From Azolla caroliniana (taxonomy: Eukaryota > Plantae > Polypodiophyta), in NCBI GenBank assembly GCA_043228905.1, contig JBHGNT010000007.1, forward strand, positions 11,346,001 to 11,410,000: DNA of 64,000 nucleotides, written 5' to 3'. The notes under the pieces are model-generated. The model ran no database searches, was not told where the DNA came from, and saw nothing but the letters and a program-made list of their open reading frames with translations. Both the position numbers and the translations under genes were made by a program. The first letter of the stretch is position 1. Every line of letters begins with the position of its first letter. Positions 37,466 through 49,438 of this stretch are shown piece by piece.

Positions 37466-40384
37466 TCATTCTTCCTCCAAAATATCGAGCACACTCTGCT
37501 CGAAGGTGTCAAGTGGTGCTTCTTCCTCCAATTCCTGTTCCTTGCCTGCCTGATCTCCGACCTCCGGTTGGGTTGGTTGTTCCGTAAAAATTTGCTGCTC
37601 CGGCTGTACTTGATTCTGTGGTGCCGGTGCTTCCTCACTGCTCCGTCCGGGTTCTTCTTGTTCTCCCTCCGTTCCAGGCTCTGTTCTGTTACCAGTGTCG
37701 CTTTCTCCGGTCTGGACTGGTCGGCTCGGTGCGCCTTCTTCCTCTGCTCCGGTGTCTTCCGGTCTCAGCTCTTCTTCTTCCCCGGCATCAGTCTGCTCCT
37801 GCTCTTCTTGATTTCCTTCGAACGGAAGTTCTTCTTCGGGTATTCCTTGTCGGGGTTGTTCGGTGTCGGTTGGTTCAACTTCAGCCGGTCTCTCTCCCTC
37901 ACTTATAGTGATTGGCGTCGTTCTTCCCTTGGTTTCCTGTCGTAACCGGTCCTGCTCGTATTTCTCCAACTCCAACTGAGTTGCGAGTTGCCCGTCATCC
38001 AACCTCTCTACCAACCATCAGATTTCTTTGAGATGTTCTTCCGCTAAAGCGTAGAAATCCTCCGACAATTCTTCACGAATGGCGACGATACTTTCTTCAT
38101 CCATCTTGTAGAACTTGTCACCGGTCTTCCTCCGATTCTCGGCATCAGCTCGGAGTGTCTGCAGCTCGGCTGCCTGTTGTGACCACTCCTTCCATAGCTT
38201 TTCCGTACTCTCGTTGATGCTTGCCTGAGCTCGGGTACTCCAACCTGACATGATGAGCTTGATCCGGTCAACCCTTGCCTTAGCATGCGCATAAGCTTCT
38301 TGCTTTTCCTTCCTTGCCCGTTTTATAATGTCGGCCATTATCTGAGCCTGGGCCTCGTAATCCGCTTTCTGCTTTTCATAGGTACTTTGCAGTTTGTTGA
38401 TTGTGAAGGTCGATCTTTCCTTTTCTTCATTCCTGATCTTGGTCAGATCCAGCTTTTCCCGCCTTAGCACCTCTAATTCCTTCCTTCTCTCCGTCGCTTG
38501 GGTTATTTCCGCCGACAATGCTTCCTTTTTGGCACTGACCTCGTCCATTGTCTTAGCCAGGTCTAATCGGGTCTCTTTGAGCTGTTCTTTCAGCTTCTCT
38601 ATTTGCCGGTCGTAGTCTGCTGCCCGTTTCTTGTTGTCCGACTCGGCCTGCTTGTGATCTCAGTAGAGTTGGTCGAAGTCCTCCATCTTCTGCTTCAGGT
38701 GTCGGTTTACTTGAGCTCTTAACCGGTCGTCCCGGTCCTTCTGTTGTCGGAGTTCTTCCTGCAGTCGTTCTATCTCCTGCTCGGCCTGTCGACGCAGTCG
38801 GTCCTCCTTTTACAGCTTCTCTTTTTCTTCTTGCAGTCGGTCATTAGTGGCTCGGCCTTTCCGGAGGCCTTCTTCCATTTTCCGTCTGTCGTCCTCCACC
38901 GCTTTCCGCTGCTCCCTTTCTTTTTCCCTTAATGCCTCCTGAGCTTTTAACTCCTCTCGTAAGGTTTCTATTATTTTTTCGGTCTCAGGGCCGGTTTGCA
39001 AGGCTACCAGTTCCGGTTCCGGTTCTGGTTGCTTCCTTGTTGTTCCGACCGGCTCGGTGACAACTTGTGCTTGTTGAATTCCTTCCCTTGCCTGCAACAG
39101 CTCCCCTTGCAATTCCTGGATCTGTGTTCGGAGCGCGACCAACTCCTGGGTTGTTGTATGCGTCAGGTGTTGCCTACACGTTTCTTCTTCCTCTAACTGG
39201 TCCGCTACTCCCGATAACTGCTCCGAAAGCCATCTCAGCCATTGTGGCTTTGTGCTTCCTGTGTCGGGGGAGCATTGCTCACTTCTACTCCTTAACTCAG
39301 GCTGTTTTTCCGGCCTTTTCTCTGGCTCCGGCGCTTGTTCATTCCTCTTCTCTGGGATGACCGGTTCTCTGAAGTCCGGCAAAACCGGTGTCGGTGCTGC
39401 TTCCCTCGGTACGGGTTCCGGTATTGCTTCCGCCCCGGCTACTGGAGGTGGTCCTTGCGCCCTCTGCTGAGTTTTGTCAACTGGTGGAGCCGGTCCTCTC
39501 GCCCGTCTCTCCCGACCTTGTCTTGCTGGGGGTCTTACCAGTGGTTCGGATGAGTCTTCTGTTTCAGCTTCCTCCTCCGGTGCGGCTACCAGACGGACCT
39601 TTTGTATACAGACCTTTGGTTTCGGTTCTGGCCGTCGCAGCGTTATATTGATTGGTTTGAGCGCTACCGGTTCCTCCTCGACCGATTTTCCTTTGCCTTT
39701 TCCTGCCGGTTTTGCCTTTGTTGCTGGTTCCTGTTGCTGTCGGGATGGTCCTTCCTCCCGCTGTTCTGCTTCTTCCTGGGTCCATACTGGGGTGTGTTTC
39801 TCCAGGATATGTCGGCGCTTTGTGACCTTTTTCGGCGTCGTCTCCTGCCGACCTCTTTTCTTTTGTTTGATGGGGAGCACCGGTGGGACTAACACCGTTA
39901 GCCATTGTGCTATCCCGGCCCATGGCTTTTTTCCTTCCACAAGGTTCTTGATGGCCTCCTTCAATCCTTCGGTTATGAAATGGAGCCAATCCACTTGTAA
40001 TCCTTCGTACGTTGCAATTAAGAACGCTGCCCGGTACCTGGCTATGGCCGGGGGACGAGAATTCACAAATCCGTATTCCATCAGGGCGCGGGCCACTTCT
40101 CCGAACAGCAGGTTCTCTCCGCCCTGTGTTCGGTACACCTTGCTGCTGATGGAATACTCACCGAAATATTCGAACAGGATTTCACTTGAAGGGTTTTCGA
40201 TCGTTTGAAGTCCTCCTGCTTTTATCCCCGTGAGCGCCTACACCGCTCCTTCCGTGATTTCTGATAAATCAATCGATGCTGCCACCTGCTCTGGTTCTGC
40301 GTGTGGTGGAGCGTTGGCGATCCGCAGCAATCCTTCTAACCCGTTCTCCATCATCCATTGGTGTGCCTCCTCCGACAGTGCCAT
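37466..40384 (-). pseudogene. Extra sense-strand ORF of element B (coiled-coil protein), with a few stops
   Basis: MALSEEAHQWMMENGLEG...; fragments 38810-40138, 38018-38548 and 37466-38014 lie in one frame. Homologous to A's extra ORF. Confidence 0.82.
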
Positions 40385-40796
40385 TGGATCGAATTCTTCT
40401 TCTGCTATCTGTTGTTCGGGATCGGGATGTGTGTGCGCTGTGCGTCGGATGGCTCTTTTGTGCTTCTGCGCCTGTGTGTAGGAAAATTCGTAAAAAGTAA
40501 GTCCTTCGCAGGCCTGTGTCTTATATAGTGGCTTTTGCTTCGAGCCGCCCTTTTTCGTTTCCCGCGCATGTCTATCTCCCGCCATAATTAGTATGTCCTT
40601 TCTTGCTTGCCGCGTGTGAGTAATACCTCGTATGTCGGTGCCCACGTTCCATGCTTTAAATAGCAAGTACGCACACATCCTCCTTTACTGCATGGCGCCT
40701 CTTCGTTGCATGGTGGCGCTCCCACCTCTTGTGATCTCCCCATCACTACTATGAAATTTTTTATTTTTTTATTTTTCTCTGTTTGTTTGGACCACG

Positions 40797-43700
40797 TCAT
40801 TTTCTGGTCCCCCCCGATTTGTTCGGGTCGGTTCGTGCTGATACCGGATCCTTCTGTCGGTTTTCCGGGATGGTCTTTGTCAGTATCGGTGTCGGTTCTT
40901 CCTTGGTCCGGATATCTACAGCAGCGTCTGTCGGTGTCAGTTCTTCCTCGATCCGGATATCTGCAGCAGCGTTTGTCGGTGTCGGTTCCTCATCGTGCCG
41001 GATTTCCGGGTTTTGCTTGAACGGGTTGGCTGGCATATTTCCCTTATATGGCTTTAGCCGAAACCCATTTGCCCACTTACCGATGACTTCTCCAGACAAC
41101 GTGCCGAGCTGATACGACCCATTGTACTCCTTGGTGATCCAGAACGGTCCGGTCCACCGAAACCGCAACTTTCCCGGCATGTTCCCCATCCGTGTCTGGA
41201 ACAGTAGCACCGGTTTCCCGACTTCGAACTCCTTTTCGTTGCCATGCCGGTGTCGGTCCACGAAAGCTTTTCTCCTCCTTTGCTCTTGTTCGAGTTGTAG
41301 TAATCTGGCTATTCGGTTTTCTTCTAATTCCAACAACGTCGCCAGCCGGATTCGTTTGGACTCCTTCTCACTTAAGCACTCCTTTACCTGGATCCGTAAG
41401 CTGGGGATCTGGAACTCTACCGGCATGACCGCTTCTAAACCGAATGCTAGTCAGAACGGGGTTGTCCGGATGCTGGTTTTGTACGTTGTTCGGTACGGCC
41501 ATAGCGCGCTTTGCAATTTCGTATCCCAGTCGGTTCGGTTCTCGTTGACGATTTTTCGTAGGATGTTCTGCAGAGTTTTGTTTGTCGATTCCGCTACTCC
41601 ATTGACTTGAGGGTAGTAGGGAGTACTCCTTTTATGTACCACCGCGTAAAATGACGTCAGGCTTTCTACTACCTGCCCGAGAAAGTGTCCTCCTTGGTCA
41701 CTTATAAGCTCGATCGGGCATCCATACCGGCACCATATGCACTCGTATAGGAACTTTGCCGTGGACGCGGCCGTGTTGTCCCGTAAGGCCTTCGCTTCTA
41801 CCCATTTGGTGCAATAGTCGGTCGCCACTATGACATACCGATTTCCGGTTCGCATTGCTGGTGGCTTGAAGGGACCGACAAAGTCCAAACCCCACTTTTA
41901 AAACGGTTCCAATAGCAAGACCGGGTGGTGTGGCATCCGGGCCTGCTCCGTGGGTTGGCCCAGTCGTTGACTCAAATCGCATTCTCTTCTATACTTCACG
42001 ACATCTTTTAGGGTGGTGGGCCACCACAGTCCGCTCTGCCATATTTTCCGAGCGGTTGCGTCGCCATCATAATGCCCGCCGGCAATTCCACAGTGGGCTT
42101 CCCTGAGGATTAGATCCTTCTCATCGCTCCGCACTGCTCGTCTCCAGATGCCATCTGCCCCCTTGTGATAGAGGGTGTCTCCAACCAAACAGAAATGTCT
42201 GCTTCTTACTGCTACCCTTTTCCTTTCATCGCAGTCCATGTTCTCCGGGGGTACTCCGGTGCTCAGGAACTGATGCATCTCAGTTAGCCACGTGTCTTCA
42301 TCGGCTACCGTTGCATCCGTTGCCGGTTCCGTCGTGATCCGGAACAACTCGGTGTCGGGGAACTCATCCTGGACGCCGTCCCCTGCTTCTCCGGATTCGA
42401 GTCTGCTTAGGTAGTCCGCTACCGCATGCTGCACCCCGGGTCGGTGGAAAATGTCGAATTCAAATTCTTGTAACATCAGTGTCCATCGTGCAATTTTTCC
42501 CGTCAGGGATGCCTTCGAGACCAGGTAGAGTAGTGCCGAATGGTCGACATGGAAGGAAAACTTCCTTTCGAGCAGATAGTGCCTGTACTTTGTGACACTA
42601 TACACCATTCCTAATGCCTCGCGTTTCGTCGTAGAGTAGTTCCGTTCGGCTTTTGAGAGTTTCCGGCTTGTGTAGTACACCGGTCGGTACCATTTCGGCT
42701 CCGTGAGTTGCATCAGAATGCTGCCGATTGCTACGTCCGACGCGTCGACGAAGACATGAAAGCTTTTACTCCAATCCGGCGGTTGCACCACCGGAGCTTG
42801 CGACAACATAACCTTCAACGCTTGGTAGGCTTCCTCCTCCGTCTCCGCCCATAGGAAGGGTACCCTGTGTACGGCGGTATGCAATGGTGTAGCGAAGTCT
42901 GCGAGGTGCCGTATCATCCGGCTATGCCACCTTATTTGGCCCAGGAACTGGCTTAAAGCCTTTGCGTTATTTGGTGCTGGTGCCTTGAGAATCGCCTTCA
43001 CTTTATCTGGATCTACTGCGATTCCTTCCTTACTCACCACGTGCCCTAGTAAGTTGCCGCTTGCCACTCCAAAGACGCACTTGGCCGGGTTCAGACTCAA
43101 CCGGTACTCGCGGCACTTCTCCAAGCACAGTCGGAGGTGATCGAGATGCTCTCCGTGCCGGCTGTAGACCGCGAAATCGTCAAGGAAGATTTGCATAAAA
43201 CCGGGGATATATTCCCCGAAAATTTTCATTATTATCCTTTGAAAGGTCGCTGGGGCCTTCTTTAGTGCGAACATCATCACGACCGCGACGAACACTCCCC
43301 ATTCCGTAACGAACGCTGTCTTCTCCTGGTCGGCCGGGTTCATTCGTATTTGGTTGTAGCCGCTAAATCCATCCAGGAAGCTGTAAACTTCGTGGCCGGC
43401 TACCGCATCTAACACCCCGTCCGTAAATGGTAGTGGAAACGCATCGGTCACTGTTGCGGCATTTAGTTTGCGGTAGTCCACGCATACCCGGATTTTGCCG
43501 TTCTTTTTCGGGACCACCACTATCGGACTCAGCCAGGTTGCCTGCTTGACCGGTCGGATAAATCCGACCCGGAGGAGCTTATCAATCTCCTCCTTCACCT
43601 TCGCCGCATAATTCGGATTCATCCGGTACCTGCGTTGAGCGATCGGTTTCGAGTCCGTACTTAGGTGAATTTGGTGCTGATAGAGCTGGGGGTCCAGCCC

Positions 43701-46685
43701 TCGCATGTCTTCGTACGACCACGCGAACACATCCTTGAAGTCTGTTAATAATGCTACCATTGCCTTCTTTTCTTCCTTCGGCAATTCCTTTGCGACATTT
43801 ACCAGTCGGGGCTTGTCTGTTGTGCCGAGGTCCACCTCCTCTAGTTGGGATGCTTTTACCCTCTGGGATATCGTCATTTCCCTCTCTAGGGATTCCTGCG
43901 CTTGTCGCAGTTCCCGGATCGCCGCTTGGTCCGGTTCATTCGGCGTCGTGATGTACGGTTCTACTGCCGCCTTGATATCCACCTCAAATAGTGGGACGAT
44001 TCGTGGGTGTTCCTCGAGGTACCGATCGACTTCCTCATCCGGTAATCCCTCCAACATGTTGATGCTTTCCGCATACAATGGAGTTGCTTGCTTACTGTCG
44101 ATCACCCGTGGTTGCGTCGTTACTCGTACCTTTGTTTTCCCTCGCCGGAATGTGATCATGTTCTTTTGCCAGTTCTGCTTGATATGCGCCGTTCGCAGCC
44201 ATGGTCGTCCTAGCAGTAAGGGGTACGCGCCTTGTACATTTAGCTGCAGCAGCACGGCCGATATCCGGAATATGTGGCCTCCGATCGTTACTTCCAAATC
44301 CCGGATAAACCCGGTCGGTCGGACTGAGCTGGTATCCGCCATGCGTAACTAGAAGGGGCATTGTTCCCATTCCCGGATGCCCAGGTTATCGCATGTCTGT
44401 TGGCTGATGACATTTACCCCGGAGCCTCCGTCAATAATCGTTCCAGCAATTTCCTTTCCTTTCACGATTGCCGTGATCGCCGGGCTACTTTTATCGACCA
44501 CCGCTGGTCCTTCCTCCGGGTTGGAGAAGAATGTCGGTGCTGGCGTCGGCTTCGGTTTGCTCACGGATGCCTGTAAGTCTACCGTAAACGGTGGCACCAA
44601 CTGTAGTAGCCGTGCTAACGGCAGCACGATTTGACAGTCCTGTAGCGCTTGCCACGTCGGGTTTTCTCCTGGCTGTATGATTTCTTCGTCTTTTGGCATA
44701 TTTTGGTCTCCTACTTCTGCCGCATTCTGTTCATTGGCCTCCTTGATCCATTGCGCCGCTTGTTTTCTGATTGCCTCCTAGGCTTCCCACTCGGCGGTCT
44801 TTCCTTTTGACCGGGTTGTGACCTGCTGTACTTCTGTTATTTTGGCTGTAACCATGTTGACTGCCGGCTGCTTGTCATTGGTTTTGCTTGGGCATTGGTT
44901 ACTATAATGGCCCTCCTTACGACAGTAATAACAGTACACCTTGTGACTGTTGCTCGGTTCTCCTTTGTCCCCGGTTTGGAGGGTGGGTATACTTCGGCGG
45001 TTGTCTTCGGTTTTTCGGTTATCCGGTACCGATACCGGGTTGTCATTCCTTGCTGCCTCCCGACGTTCCTCTCTTCGGAAAAATCCACGCTTCTGATTCC
45101 GTCAGAAATTTCGGTTCCCTTGTCGCCTCTCTTCTCTGCGTCGTTCGTATTCCGGGGATTCGTCTCGGTCGTACCGGTCTCGGGGGTAGCTATCTCTGCG
45201 TTTCTCCTCTCGGACATAGTTATCGCGTCTTCTATCAGCGTATCTATTACCGTGTTCGCGTTGGTAGCGGTCGTCTCTCCGGAATCGATCCTCATCCGGG
45301 TTCTGATTGCGCGGTTCTATGTGTCGAACCGGTGCTGCCTGCCGATTTAACAGGTTATATTCGCATCGGTCCGTTGTATGGGCTCGAGAGTTGCAGATCA
45401 TGCATTGTGTCCGCAGGGTGCAGTCTACCGTTGAGTGGCCCGAGTTTAGGCATGTTGTGCATTGTAAGGCCTGTTGGAACCTCAGGTCTTCCTCCTTCGG
45501 GAGTGCCCGGTGTAACATCCCCATCGACAAGAAGGAGCTAGTCTTGTCCATTTCTAAGACCCGATCAATAACTTGGTCCATTGTGCTGGTGCGGAAATCA
45601 AGGACTCCGCACATTGTTCGAAGTGGCTCTTTCAGCGCGGCCAAAAAGACTGCTTTGGCTTCGTCTTCGGGTGGTGCTCTCGTCAGTTGGCTATGCAGGG
45701 TCTGAAACTGAATGATGAATTGTGGCATAGTCTCGTTCTCTTCCTACCGGGTGGTGTAGAACTACCCGACCAATTCCCTTTGCTCAACTTGTCTGTGAAA
45801 AAGCCTGAGGAATTTGGCCTTCAAGGCATCGAATGTGGCAAAGCTACCCGGTAAGTGCTTTGCGTGCCATCGGGCCGCCGGTCCTTCTAAGGTCATGCCG
45901 AATTCGGCAACTTTGGATCGTTCGGCTTCGGGCTCCGTCAGCCTTTGGGAGACATGGTTGGCTTCCCATGTTTGGAGGAATGCGTACACGTGTGCCTCCG
46001 CGTCGGGCTCATCCCGGTACTTTGGGTATAGGTACGGCATCGTGTTGTCCAACTGACTCTCCTGCTTTCTCCGTTCTCTGTCCGCTGTTGGCGTCGGTGT
46101 GAGAACCTTTGGTTCCTCCGCGGTTGGTGCCGGTATCCGCTCCTTCAGTTCCTCTGCGGCTGTCGCCGGTGTCCGGTCCTTTGGTTCCTCCGCGGGTGTT
46201 GTCAGCATCCGCTCCTTCGGTTCCTTCGCGGGTGTTGTCGGTATCCGATCAGCCTCCCTCGGCGATTGCCGGTCACCGAACTCCAAGGTTATTTCTTCCT
46301 CTGGCTCCGGTGTTACTGAGTCTTCCGACCCCTCTTCCCCCGGTTCGTTTGGTGTGTCATGGCTACTTTTATACCGGGACGCAACGCTTCCGTCGCTTTC
46401 CGACTCCGCCTCAAGTGTTGCGAATGCTTCCGAGTCCCCGTCGCCCCCGGCAAGCGTCTGTAGTATCGTTTCCGCCTCTTGCAGGCTTGTTATGCTACTG
46501 CCTTCGTCAGGGACTTGCAGAACCCGGAACTGCAGTGCTTCTTCTGCGACTCTCCGAAGAGTTTTGGAGAATGACTGATCTCGCCGGATCTCGTCGACGA
46601 CTTGCTGTAGGGCTTCCCATTGTTGCTCTCGTTCGGTGTATCGTCTCCCTCGTTCGGTGATGTGGTCGTCGTTTGGTCTAGACAT
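40797..46685 (-). pseudogene. gag-pol of element B
   Basis: Gag YPKYRDEPDAEAHV and knuckles, protease IIDGGSGVNVI, RT FLDDFAVY, RNase H FVDASD, integrase DFVGP and WTGPF. Few stops. Confidence 0.92.
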
Positions 46686-48822
46686 CCATCCCCCAGTTGT
46701 CCTCTGCACTTTGCAGGAATCGTGGTCGCCAAAATAGTGTTGTCTGCCTGGCCGGACTAGCCTCAACACAGGTGTCTATCCGACACTTCTCCAAAGGGGT
46801 GGTTAGGATTGGATGCTAGGTTACACGCGTAAGATGATTACACTAAGCACAAACGGTAAAACAATACAAAGATACAGATAAACACGCAATAATTCTATTT
46901 GTATTACTTCCGTAAAGCCTTTACAAATCATCAGATCCTTTTATAGGCATCCGGAAAGGTTACAATCGGTGCGCTTAGGCAACCGGCATCCGAATCGGTC
47001 CGGATCCGGATCGGTACAACTGTACCGGATCCGTCCCTCCGAATAATAATTATACTATTATTTACTTCCTATTATCCGATCTGACTCCGCCTTCCCACTT
47101 GTCCTTGCTCTTCTGACTGTCAACAGACTCTGTACACACTGTGCTAAATAGCACTATTTATACAAGTCCTCTTGGGACTGACAGAAGTACCATGTACTTC
47201 AATGCTCACACGAGCATCTGACACTTACTACGAGACTATAGCTACCTAGTAGTCTATCGTGTACTAGGCTTCCGATTGGACTGCTGGTTACGGATTGCAC
47301 CCGGCCTCCACTGCTTGCCGGTTCGGTTGCTCACCGTCATACCGATCCGTTTCGCCCGATCCGTCTCGCTTACCGGCTCCGGCTTATTCAGCCGATCCGG
47401 CTCCGGTTGAGCTTCCCGCTCAACACTCCCCCTCAAGCTCAACCTGAGGTGGGGTTGTAGTGTCGACCTCTGTGGCAGTCGGTTCTTCCAACCGAGTTCT
47501 CCTGGTGTCACTCCGCCTTGCTCGCGCTCCTCGTCTGGTCCGGTCCCGTTTGCCGCGACCCCTTTGGTTCTGCGCGCCTCAACCCTCTCGGTTGGCATGT
47601 CTGCTCAATAGGCCCATCTCAGCACTCACGTTGCTGTGACTCGGGCGCTTGCCGATCCGTCGGTTCTCCCACGATGGCATCGACTTCCGCTGTGTCTGTG
47701 TCCCCTTGGCCTTCAGTCGATCCGACTCATCCAGATCCATCTGTTGATCCGAGTTAGCTGTCTCTGACTCGTTCCAGCTCTTGTCCGAATCGGTACACTC
47801 CGATTCGACTTCCGGCTTCAGGCCTCTCACCACATCGGACCACTTCCGAGTCTTGGCCTTCTCCATGCTTCCCTCGGCTTCTTCAGCCGGTGAACCGAAA
47901 TCGAATTCCTCATTCGACTCCGCATCATGGTCAGTACCGTCGTGATGACCTCCGCACAACATGCACTTCTCTTCCTGAGTGCACAACTCTTCTTCATAGC
48001 CGCTTGCTCCAACCTGTTCGGATGTGTCGACTTCCTTCGTCGACTCGGCTTCCTTCATCTTCTTGTCTCCTCTTCTTCCGGCTCTCCTCTTACCCACGGG
48101 TTTTCCTTTGCCCGTTTCGGTAGAGACTTTGCCCTTGTTTCTCCCCCTCAAGTGCGGCACGTCGAGATGCTGAATACCAAGCATGTCGATAAAGTGCTGC
48201 AACTTGTCCGATCCGAGCGGCTTGGTGAAGATGTCGGCAACTTGCCGATCCGTATGAACATACCGTAGGTCAACTTCACCGCTCAGGACCCGCTCACGCA
48301 CGAAGTGGTAGTGCACCTCGATGTGCTTTATGCGAGCATGGAACACAGGGTTCCTGGCAAGCTGCAGGCTGCTCATGGTATCGCAGTAAATCGGGATCAG
48401 GGTCGGTACCTCGATCCGCAAGTCTCGCAGCAGTAGCCGAAGCCAGATGGCTTCACAAGTGGCAACGGTAGCGGGCCGGTACTCAGCCTCAGTGCTTGAC
48501 AAAGCCACTATGGGCTGCTTCTTGCTGCTCCACGCAACGACCGCGCTACCTATGGAGAACATGTATCTGGAAGTGGAGCGGCGATCAGACGCATCGCCGG
48601 CCCAGTCAGCATCTGTGTAACCGACAAGCTCTTCGGGTATACCTCGCCGGTATAGCAGTCCCCGGTCCTTAGTGCCGCTGACATACCGTAATATTCGTTG
48701 CACGCACTGAAGGTGCTCCACGGTCGGCTTCTCCATGAACTGGCTTACCATGCCGACCGGATAGCTGATGTCGAGTCGGGTGATGGTTAAGTAGATCAGG
48801 CTTCCGACAACCTGTCGGAACC

Positions 48823-49438
48823 TGTTGGGATTACGGTCCCTCCGGATGGGATGGTCAGATGTCCGGGAACCGGATGATGAAGACCCGGTTTTCGGATCCG
48901 GATGATGAAGACCCGGTTTCAGATCCGGATGATGAAGACCCCGGCTACGGAGCCGGATGACGAATGTACCCGGAGAGAGATCCGGATGCGGGGACATATT
49001 TGTGAATATGTTTGCCAAGGGCCCTCGAGGCTATATTTGTAAATAGCCCGAAAGTCATATGTGTATAAATATGACTTAGGGCAAACAGTTTTTAGTGGTT
49101 GCTCATTTTTCTGTTTTCCACTTAGAGGGAGCGAAGTGAGAGCAGCCGAGAGAGAGAGAGAGAGAAAGGAAGAGGTCGACGCCTCTGTGTAATACCGCCG
49201 CCTGTGGCGAGGACAGCGAGCTCAAGGTCATCGCCTTGCAGCTCGCCGTTGTACATTCTCTGCGTATAGTGATAGTTGGAGCCTTGCACTCCCGTGGTTT
49301 TTCCCGTCCAGGGTTTTCCACGCTAAACCCTGTACATTCGAGTCTCTCTTTGTGTTTTGATTTACTTCTGCATTGATTCGTGTTTCCTCGGTTGTGGCCG
49401 AGAGGTGAAGGTTTTTTGAAAGCGTCAATTTCCCAACA
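48823..49438 (+). mobile_element. Copia solo LTR related to the 20863 element
   Basis: TGTTGGGATTACGG...CCCAACA, TSD GAACC. Confidence 0.92.

Larger units (their letters stand above)
37028..47125 (-). mobile_element. Non-chromoviral Ty3/Gypsy element B, full length, with extra 3' ORF, inserted in the 3' LTR of D
   Basis: 388-bp LTRs 46738-47125 and 37028-37415 (~7 mismatches). TSD GACTC. TATA CCTATAAAAGG on the minus strand. PBS TGGCGACCACG 46731-46721. Confidence 0.95.

Noticed and set aside
46090-46250. 39-bp repeats in B gag (and 45-bp repeats in its integrase tail, 40880-41000)
   Set aside because: Ordinary expansion in disordered linker regions.
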